From assembly GCF_000017305.1 (NCBI RefSeq), contig NC_009664.2, forward strand, positions 540,001 to 572,000: DNA of 32,000 nt, written 5' to 3'. The position numbers were made by a program, and so were the translations under genes. Below are positions 14,309-20,264 of the stretch, one piece after another. Position 1 is the first letter of the stretch. Each line of letters starts with the position of its first letter. The notes under the pieces are model-generated. The model worked only from the letters and a program-made list of their open reading frames with translations, made no database searches and was not told the origin of the DNA. The DNA is from Kineococcus radiotolerans SRS30216 = ATCC BAA-149 (GTDB lineage Bacteria; Actinomycetota; Actinomycetes; Actinomycetales; Kineococcaceae).

Positions 14309-14745
14309 CAGACCTGCATCCTCATGATCTCGTTGAAGGCGTCGACCGCCTTGTTGCGGATGGCGGTGGTGAGCTGGGTGGCCAGCTGGGCCTCGTTGCT
14401 GGCGATCATGTAGTCGTGAACGTTGGTGAGGTCACCGGTGGCGGCCTTCACCGCCAGGTCGTCCGACCGGGACTGCATGCCCTGCAGCTTGTCCAGCCCT
14501 CCGGAGAGCAGCGACGCGAAGTCGGTGCCGGAGGTTCCCTCGACCGCGGTCGCCGAACCCGCGCCGGGGATCCCGAAGGCGCCGGCGGAGGCGACGGTCC
14601 CGGTGGCCGCGGTGCCGGTGGCCGCCCCGATCCCGCGGGTCATCTGCGCGTTGTCCACGTCCTCGAGCCCCTGGCCGAAGCCGGTGGCGAGGGTTCCCAT
14701 CGTGCTGGCGACGTCGCCGACGCCGCCGATCGACTCGATGCTCAC
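14308..14745 (-). CDS. fliE: Flagellar hook-basal body protein FliE (start re-set; Gly/Ala/Thr-rich N-terminal extension)
   Basis: GTG 14745 lies 2 nt after the flgC stop. C-terminus FASLLSGGLDKLQGMQSRSDDL...VHDYMIASNEAQLATQLTTAIRNKAVDAFNEIMRMQV is canonical FliE. ATGA overlap with the fliF start. The upstream part of ORF 14308..15087 is an alternative frame of flgC. Confidence 0.85.
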   Translation of the reverse strand: MSIESIGGVGDVASTMGTLATGFGQGLEDVDNAQMTRGIGAATGTAATGTVASAGAFGIPGAGSATAVEGTSGTDFASLLSGGLDKLQGMQSRSDDLAVKAATGDLTNVHDYMIASNEAQLATQLTTAIRNKAVDAFNEIMRMQV

Positions 14746-14747
14746 GC

Positions 14748-15143
14748 TCAGCCCTTCCCGAGCTGCAGGGCGGCCGAGTAGGCCTCCTTGGCGGAGGTGA
14801 TCGTCTGCAGGTTCGCCTGGTACGCGCGCTGGGCCATCATGAGGCTCGTCATCTGGCTGCTCATGTCGATGTCGGGGTACTTCACGTACCCGTTCTCGTC
14901 GGCCAGCGGGTTGTCCGGCTCGTGGACCATCCGGCCCTCGGTGCTGCCCGTGACGATGCCGGCCACCTGGGTGCCCTTGCCGTCGGCGGCCTCGGCGGCG
15001 ACGACGTACCTCGCCGCGAAGGCGTCCTCGTCGGTGCGGGTCGCGGTGTTGATGTTCGCCAGGTTGTCGCTGACGGCGTCCATCCACTTGCGGTTCACGG
15101 TGACGCCGGTGCCGGCGATGCCGATCGCGTCGAAGATGCTCAT
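14748..15143 (-). CDS. flgC: Flagellar basal-body rod protein FlgC
   Basis: 131 aa. MSIFDAIGIAGTGVTVNRKWMDAVSDNLANINT... and C-terminal MTSLMMAQRAYQANLQTI. Confidence 0.95.
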   Translation of the reverse strand: MSIFDAIGIAGTGVTVNRKWMDAVSDNLANINTATRTDEDAFAARYVVAAEAADGKGTQVAGIVTGSTEGRMVHEPDNPLADENGYVKYPDIDMSSQMTSLMMAQRAYQANLQTITSAKEAYSAALQLGKG

Positions 15144-15195
15144 GGGTTCGCTCCGGGGGTCGGGTCAGGGGGCGGGGATCAGGGGGTGGTCCCCG

Positions 15196-15546
15196 TCACT
15201 GGCTGCTCATCGCGGTGCGCAGCATCGAGTACTTGGAGTTCAGCGCCGAGAGCACCGTCTGGTAGCTGAGGTTGGTGGAGATGCCGGAGATCGTCTCCTC
15301 GTCGAGGTTGACGTTGTTGCCGTCCTCGCGGGTGGGCTCCAGCGACTTCTGCGTGGCGATCCCCGAGACGGCCGCGGCGCCGGCGTCGCCGGTGGCGACC
15401 GCGCTCTTCAGCTCGTTCTCGAAGGCCACCTTGTTGGCCAGGTAGCCCGGCGTGTTGATGTTGGAGATGTTGTCGGCGATGGCCCGCTGACGCGCCTGCA
15501 GACCGTTCAGCGCGGTGTGCAGCGCGACGCTGGTGAGATCGGACAC
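15196..15546 (-). CDS. flgB: Flagellar basal-body rod protein FlgB (start re-set)
   Basis: GTG 15546 is preceded by GGAGGA with a 6-nt spacer. Product VSDLTSVALHTALNGLQARQRAIADNISNINTPGY... is a typical FlgB N-terminus. The 30 extra codons of ORF 15196..15636 are Gly/Pro/Arg-rich with no usable RBS spacing. Confidence 0.9.
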   Translation of the reverse strand: MSDLTSVALHTALNGLQARQRAIADNISNINTPGYLANKVAFENELKSAVATGDAGAAAVSGIATQKSLEPTREDGNNVNLDEETISGISTNLSYQTVLSALNSKYSMLRTAMSSQ

Positions 15547-15637
15547 GAGCCATCCTCCGTGGGTAGTACGACGCTTCTTCGTCCTGAGCGGTGCCGGCCC
15601 CCTGCGGGGACCGCTGCCGCCGGGGCTTGCCCCCACT

Positions 15638-15678
15638 CCTTCGGCCCATCCACCGGGGGCCTTGAGCCCGAACGGGTG
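15638..15678 (-). promoter_or_regulatory. Promoter-like module upstream of flgB (candidate main promoter of the flagellar operon)
   Basis: Sense strand: CACCCGTTCGGG-CTCAAG-N16-(G)CCGAAGG, roughly 90 nt upstream of the flgB GTG at 15546. Confidence 0.4.
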
Positions 15679-15738
15679 CCCGAGGGGGCGGATCGGCCGG
15701 GCACGCGCCGAGCGGGTCCGGGCCCTTCACCCGTTCGG
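15668..15738. promoter_or_regulatory. Perfect 11-bp inverted repeat in the flgB / 717-aa-gene divergent region
   Basis: CCGAACGGGTG (15668-15678) and CACCCGTTCGG (15728-15738), separated by 49 bp. Confidence 0.5.
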
Positions 15739-15904
15739 AGCAACCGCCCGCGCCGGGTCCACTCCCCCTGCGTCCCAACGACCCCGCGACGCCACACCCG
15801 TCACGGCCGGACCGGCCCGGCGCCCGGCGCGGGTTCACCGGGACGGGTGAACGCGCGGTGACGGCGCACCCTCACCGCCGGTGGTGCCCGGGCCGGTCGG
15901 GTGT

Positions 15905-15956
15905 CACCCGATCGGGCGATCCAGCCGCTCAAGTCCGCGGACCCGCGCGCCGAGGA
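15905..15956 (+). promoter_or_regulatory. Same promoter-like module, plus strand, upstream of the 717-aa membrane protein gene
   Basis: CACCCGATCGGGC-N10-CTCAAG-N16-(G)CCGAGGA-GGACGCC-ATG(15964). Same box order and spacings as the flagellar copies. Confidence 0.35.
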
Positions 15957-15963
15957 GGACGCC

Positions 15964-18117
15964 ATGACCACAGCGGACGAGACCACCGACCCGGGAACCG
16001 CGGCCCCCGCGGAGACGGTCGAACGGTTCAGCGACGCCGAGCTCGGCGCCCTGGCGATCGAGGCCGGTGAGCTGGCCGCGGCCGAGCCCGCCGAGCACCG
16101 CGCCACCGCGCTCGGCTCGCTCGCCGCGGCCCTGCGCGCCGGCGCCGACGGGCACGACGCCGCGGGCGTGGGTCAGCTGCGGCGCTGGGCCGACGCGGAC
16201 CTGTTCGAGGTCCTCGACGTCGACGCCGCGGTCGCCCCGCTGACCCAGCGCCGCAGCCTGCTGCGGTCGGGGTCGCTGCGCACCATCCTCGTCTTCGCCC
16301 CGGTCATGGTGACCTGGGTCGGCCTGCTGTTCGCCGGTCGCGCCTACGGCGACATGAGCGCCGCGGGCGAGGCCACCGACGGGGAGTCGTTCCTGCAGCT
16401 GTGGCTGGACGGCTTCGGCGGGCGCACCGCCTTCTCCCTGGACCACGTCGCGGAGATGGCGGTCGTGCTGATCGCCGGCGCCATCGCCATCAGCGTGGCC
16501 ACCGACCGGCGCCAGCGCGCCGACGAGGTCGGCGCGGCGAACGCCGACGAGGCCCACCGCCGGCTGCTGCGCGGGTTCGCCGCCCGCGCCACGGTGGCCC
16601 TGGCCCCGCACCGCGCCAACGCCGCCGAGCAGCTCGGCGCGCACTTCGAGCGGGGGCTGACCGAGCTGGGCCGGCTGGTGGCGGAGACGATCCGCCTGCA
16701 CGCCGACACCTCCGCCCTGGTCGCCACCGTGCGCAGCTCCAGCGAGACCGCCATCGTGGCCGCCAACGCCGCCAACACCGGCGGCGCCGACGTCGCCCGC
16801 GCCGCGCTGGAGCTGCAGACCGCCGTCACCGCCGCGGTCAGCAGCCACGGCGAGCTCATCGCCGCCGACCGCGAGCAGCACACCCGCACCCTGGCCGAGT
16901 CCACCGAGACGATCGTGGGGCACCTGGCGCAGGTGCGGGAGGGCACCGCGGAGGCGCTGCGGGAGGGCCTGCAGGGCCGCGACCGCGTCCTGTCGGCCGT
17001 GGAGGGCGTCAGCGCCTCCATCGAGCTGCTGTCGTCCTCGACCCGGGAGTCGATGGCCGCGCTGACCACCTCTGCGGAGGCGATGACCCGCCACGGCGCC
17101 GACTTCGGCGAGCGGGTCACCGGTCACGTCGCGGCGCTGTCGACCAGCGCCAAGGAGTCGGTGGAGACGATGCACCGCACGGTCGTGGAGAGCGTGGAGA
17201 AGGTCACCCGGATGACCGGGGAGGCCTTCAGCGAGCACGTCGCGGCCTCCGCCGAGCACGCCGCGACGACGATGGAGACGCTGCGCCGCGACGTCGAGCG
17301 CACCTCCGCCGCCGCCGAGTCCGCGCTGGGCACCGCCAGCCGGGTCCTGGCCACCGCCGCCGAGGCCGCGGAACGCCGCACCCGCCACGAGGAGCGCCTG
17401 AGCGACCTGCTGACCACCCAGAACGAGGTCCTGGACTCCTGGCGGGGCATCGAGAACCGCCTCGTGGAGGCCGCGCACGACATGCGCTCGGTCCCGCGCT
17501 GGATGGACCAGGTGCAGCACGAGCACGCCGACGCCACCGGCCGGGCGCTGCGCAGCATCGGCGACGCGCTGCGCGAGGACGTCACCGGGGCGGTCAGCGA
17601 GACCCTCGCGATGGCCTCCGACGACCACGTCCGCCAGGTCAACCGGGCCTACCGCGACGCCAGCCGCCAGCTGACCCAGGACCTCACCCAGACGCTGGGG
17701 TCCGGTCTGGGCACCGTCGTGGACCAGGTGATGGACCGCCTCGGCGACCAGGTCGACCAGCTCCCGGAGCGCATCGCCTCCGCCACCGCCCGTCAGCAGC
17801 GCCACCAGGTCCCCGCCGCGGCGCCCGCCCAGCACGCCCCCGCCCAGCACGCCCCCGAGCGCCGGCCGCAGCCGGCGCCGGAGCGTCGCCCCGTGCGCCC
17901 CGAGGCGCGCGCGCCGCAGGTCCAGCCCCGCCCCGAGGCCCGTCCCGAGCCGCGTCCGGAGACCCGCGTGGAGCTGCCCCGCGAGGAGCGTCGCCCCGTG
18001 CGCCCGGCCGAGCCGGAGCTGCACGCCGACTTCCAACCCGAGGAGCAGTTCGTGGCCGTCGCCCCGCGCACCCTGCAGGGCCTCGCCGCCCGCCGCTACT
18101 CCCGGGCCGGCCAGTGA
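15964..18117 (+). CDS. Hypothetical membrane protein: ~105-aa acidic cytoplasmic N-terminus, 2 TM helices, ~500-aa all-helical Ala/Glu/Arg/Thr-rich tail, Pro/Arg/Glu repeat C-terminus
   Basis: ATG 15964 is preceded by GAGGAGGA. TM1 LRTILVFAPVMVTWVGLLFAG (contains Pro); TM2 VAEMAVVLIAGAIAISVA (contains Glu). Long low-complexity helical region with no recognisable catalytic or MCP signalling motif. Tail repeats APAQHAPAQHAPERRP...ERRPVRP. Confidence 0.7.
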   Translation: MTTADETTDPGTAAPAETVERFSDAELGALAIEAGELAAAEPAEHRATALGSLAAALRAGADGHDAAGVGQLRRWADADLFEVLDVDAAVAPLTQRRSLLRSGSLRTILVFAPVMVTWVGLLFAGRAYGDMSAAGEATDGESFLQLWLDGFGGRTAFSLDHVAEMAVVLIAGAIAISVATDRRQRADEVGAANADEAHRRLLRGFAARATVALAPHRANAAEQLGAHFERGLTELGRLVAETIRLHADTSALVATVRSSSETAIVAANAANTGGADVARAALELQTAVTAAVSSHGELIAADREQHTRTLAESTETIVGHLAQVREGTAEALREGLQGRDRVLSAVEGVSASIELLSSSTRESMAALTTSAEAMTRHGADFGERVTGHVAALSTSAKESVETMHRTVVESVEKVTRMTGEAFSEHVAASAEHAATTMETLRRDVERTSAAAESALGTASRVLATAAEAAERRTRHEERLSDLLTTQNEVLDSWRGIENRLVEAAHDMRSVPRWMDQVQHEHADATGRALRSIGDALREDVTGAVSETLAMASDDHVRQVNRAYRDASRQLTQDLTQTLGSGLGTVVDQVMDRLGDQVDQLPERIASATARQQRHQVPAAAPAQHAPAQHAPERRPQPAPERRPVRPEARAPQVQPRPEARPEPRPETRVELPREERRPVRPAEPELHADFQPEEQFVAVAPRTLQGLAARRYSRAGQ
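17881..18005 (+). repeat. Exact 20-bp direct repeat in the 3' Pro/Arg-rich tail of the 717-aa gene (encodes ERRPVRP)
   Basis: gagcgtcgccccgtgcgccc at 17881-17900 and 17986-18005. Nearby is a 15-bp duplication gcccagcacgccccc (about 17827-17856). Confidence 0.85.
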
Positions 18118-18689
18118 GGCGCGCGGCACGCGGCGCGCGGCGCACCGCGGGGGGCGACAACCCCGCCGTGGGCCTGGCGGGCTGGGTCTTCGCCGACGCG
18201 CTGCTGGCCCTGACGATCATCGGCCTGGCCGCCGGGGGTGCGGTGCACGCCGGCATCGGGGAGTCGAAGGCCGTCGCCGCGACGGTGGCTCCCGCGGTGG
18301 TGCAGCCCACCCCCGCCCCGACGGTGACGGTGACCGCCCCGGCCCCGGCGCCGGTCGAGGCCCCGCCCATGCCCGCCGGGGTCGCCCAGGCGCCGGTCGT
18401 GGTGAGCATCAGCGTGGACGGGACCGACGACGAGGCCGTGCGCGCCGCGGTGGCCGGCGCGGTCGGCGAGCTCGCCGCCCAGGGCCGCCGGGCCGCGTTC
18501 GTGCTGACCTTCGGCACCGCCACCTCCCCCGGGGCGGGCACCGCCCTGGCCCGCCGGGTCAACGCCCAGCTGGACGTGGCCGCCCCGGCGGTCTTCGCCG
18601 GCTCGGCCAAGCGGGACTTCTGGCGCGCGGTGAACGCCGACTCCCCCCACCCCGGCGTGGTGCAGCTGGAGCTGTACCTCATCCAGTAG
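18114..18689 (+). CDS. Hypothetical single-pass membrane protein with a MotB/ExbD-like Asp-containing TM helix, Ala/Pro/Thr linker and ~110-aa extracytoplasmic alpha/beta domain
   Basis: GTG 18114 overlaps the upstream TGA (GTGA). Arg-rich N-terminus VRRAARGARRTAGG, then GWVFADALLALTIIGLAAGG (compare this window's MotB, WLVAYADMLTVLMALFIV). C-terminal segment VVVSISVDG...AFVLTFGTATSPGAGTALARRVNAQL...GVVQLELYL. In frame with the 3' part of ORF 16401..18689, whose 5' part is alternative-frame junk. Confidence 0.65.
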   Translation: MRRAARGARRTAGGDNPAVGLAGWVFADALLALTIIGLAAGGAVHAGIGESKAVAATVAPAVVQPTPAPTVTVTAPAPAPVEAPPMPAGVAQAPVVVSISVDGTDDEAVRAAVAGAVGELAAQGRRAAFVLTFGTATSPGAGTALARRVNAQLDVAAPAVFAGSAKRDFWRAVNADSPHPGVVQLELYLIQ

Positions 18690-18727
18690 GCCCCGCACCC
18701 AGCAGGTCCCGCGGCCCCGTCCGCACC

Positions 18728-18760
18728 GACACCCCTCCGGTCCCCGACCGGAGGGGTGTC
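18728..18760. terminator. Perfect 13-bp hairpin between convergent genes (bidirectional terminator candidate)
   Basis: GACACCCCTCCGG-tccccga-CCGGAGGGGTGTC, located between the stop of the 191-aa gene (18689) and the stop of the M56 peptidase gene (18806). Confidence 0.65.
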
Positions 18761-18805
18761 GTCGTCGGGGGCGGTCGCGGCGGGTGGTCGCGGCGCGGTC
18801 CGGGC

Positions 18806-19747
18806 TCAGCGCACCAGGGCCCGGTAGCTGGCCTGCAACCACGGCACGGCCACGGCCAGGGTCGGCCCGCCGAGCACGAGGACCGCCGCCACGTAGGTGG
18901 CCAGCGACAGCCCGCGCCGGGCCGGGCGGGCGGCGAGGCGGCGCACCCGGGCCAGGGCCGCGGAGCCGACGGGCATCTCCGCGCCCTCGCCCGAGGTGCA
19001 GTCCGGCTGGCCGGCGAGGGCCACCAGGGCCCGGGCCAGCGGCAGCGACCCGGCGCGGCGGCGGGCGCTGTCGTCGGCGAGCATCTCCACGAGCAGCCGC
19101 ACGGAGTCCAGGGCGGCCTGGCTGGAGACGACGCGCGGGAACGCGGCGTGCAGGGCGGTGAACCCCTCGAGGACGAGGTCGTGGCGGGCGCGCAGGTGGG
19201 CCCGTTCGTGGGCCAGGACCGCGCGCACCTCCTCGGGCGTCAGCGAGGCGAGCATGGCGTCGGAGACGACGACGCGGGAGTGGACCCCGGGCACGCAGTA
19301 GGCGACGCGGCCGGGTCCGGTGAGGACCCGCACCCCGGTCTCGGCCAGCAGGGCAGCGTCCACCTCGGAGGTGGACTCCTTGCGGTGCAGCAGGTCCACC
19401 ATGTCGCGGTGGCGGTTGCGGCGGCGTCGGGTGCGGATGCCGACGAGGGTGGCGACGACCCAGAACCGGACGGTGACCACCGCGACGAAGGTCGAGGTGA
19501 GGCCGATGAGGGTGGTCTGGACGGGGCCGTGGCGCTCGAGGAAGGGGAAGCCGGGTTCCTCGGTGAACAGCAGCGACAGCGAGGCCAGCCCGGCGCCGAG
19601 GGTGGCCAGGACCGCGCCCAGGGCGATGGCCTGCCAGAGCACGAGGGCGGCGCGGGGCACCTGCCAGGTCCAGCGGGCCCGGGCCAGCAGCGCGGGCCCG
19701 GGACCGGCCAGGAGCAGCGCCAGTGCTGCGAACCAGACGGCGGTCAC
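18806..19747 (-). CDS. M56-family (BlaR1-like) membrane zinc metallopeptidase lacking a penicillin-binding sensor domain
   Basis: 313 aa. N-terminal TM helices and the HEXXH motif in VLAHERAHLRARHD. Immediately downstream of a BlaI-family repressor gene (9-nt gap). Confidence 0.85.
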   Translation of the reverse strand: MTAVWFAALALLLAGPGPALLARARWTWQVPRAALVLWQAIALGAVLATLGAGLASLSLLFTEEPGFPFLERHGPVQTTLIGLTSTFVAVVTVRFWVVATLVGIRTRRRRNRHRDMVDLLHRKESTSEVDAALLAETGVRVLTGPGRVAYCVPGVHSRVVVSDAMLASLTPEEVRAVLAHERAHLRARHDLVLEGFTALHAAFPRVVSSQAALDSVRLLVEMLADDSARRRAGSLPLARALVALAGQPDCTSGEGAEMPVGSAALARVRRLAARPARRGLSLATYVAAVLVLGGPTLAVAVPWLQASYRALVR

Positions 19748-19756
19748 GCCTCGAAC

Positions 19757-20152
19757 CTACGGGGTGGGGGCGTCGTCCCCGTCCGCGCCGGTCGCCCCCA
19801 TGGCGTCGAGGGCTTCGCGCAGGGCGGCTGCTTCGGCCGGGGAGACACCACCGATGAAGTGCACCAGAGCGGCCTGCCGGTCGTCCACGGTGGGGACCCC
19901 CCCGAGGGCGTCGAGCATGAGCTCGGCGACCATCTGCTCGCGGGTGGCGGCGGGGGTGTAGCGGAAGGCGCGGCCCTCGCGCTCCTGGCGCACGACGTGC
20001 TTCTTGGCCAGGCGGTCCAGGACGGTCATGACGGTGGTGTAGGCGATCTTGCGGTGCTCGGCGAGCTGCTCGTGGACCTCGCGGACCGTCAGCGGGGACC
20101 GGGCCGCCCAGAGGCGGTCCATCACGTCTCGTTCGAGTTCACCCAGCGCCAC
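19757..20152 (-). CDS. BlaI/MecI/CopY-family winged-helix transcriptional repressor
   Basis: 131 aa. LGELERDVMDRLWAARSPLTVREVHEQLAEHRKIAYTTVMTVLDRLAKKHVVRQEREGRAFRYTP is the family's N-terminal DNA-binding domain pattern. GTG start with no SD, and a TAACAT box 6 nt upstream (possibly leaderless). Confidence 0.9.
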   Translation of the reverse strand: MALGELERDVMDRLWAARSPLTVREVHEQLAEHRKIAYTTVMTVLDRLAKKHVVRQEREGRAFRYTPAATREQMVAELMLDALGGVPTVDDRQAALVHFIGGVSPAEAAALREALDAMGATGADGDDAPTP

Positions 20153-20191
20153 GGGGGGATGTTACGTCAACCACACCCGTGAACGCGAGCC

Positions 20192-20234
20192 GTCGTACTA
20201 CGAGGCTGAGTACTACAGTTGGTCGTAGCACGAC
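20192..20234. promoter_or_regulatory. Candidate BlaI-family operator palindromes in the blaI-like / cydA divergent intergenic region
   Basis: TCGTA-C-TACGA (20193-20203) and GTCGT-AGC-ACGAC (20222-20234). Direct repeats GTCGTACTAC / GTCGTAGCAC lie 30 bp apart and GTACTAC occurs twice. A TACAGT (TANNNT) box at 20214-20219 lies between them, about 45 nt upstream of cydA. Confidence 0.4.
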
Positions 20235-20264
20235 AGGGCGTCGTGGGAAGGCCAGGAACCAGCC

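Noticed and set aside
11477-14413. 978-aa plus-strand ORF antisense to fliH/fliG/fliF
   Set aside because: Gly/Asp/Arg/Leu/Val-rich antisense translation with no motifs. The minus strand encodes unmistakable FliG and FliF.
15964-18117. The 717-aa protein as a methyl-accepting chemotaxis protein or as ZorA of a complete Zorya defence system
   Set aside because: I could not find an MCP signalling-hairpin motif or HAMP pattern. No ZorC/ZorD-like genes follow (the downstream neighbour is a convergent M56 peptidase). It has only 2 TM helices, not the 3-4 of ZorA/MotA. I keep only the weaker 'stator-like pair' hypothesis.
15904-18129. 741-aa minus-strand ORF and the 5' 570 codons of plus-strand ORF 16401..18689, both overlapping the 717-aa gene
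   Set aside because: Both are low-complexity Gly/Arg/Pro/Ala translations. Only the last 191 codons of 16401..18689 (from GTG 18114) look like a real protein (TM plus folded domain).
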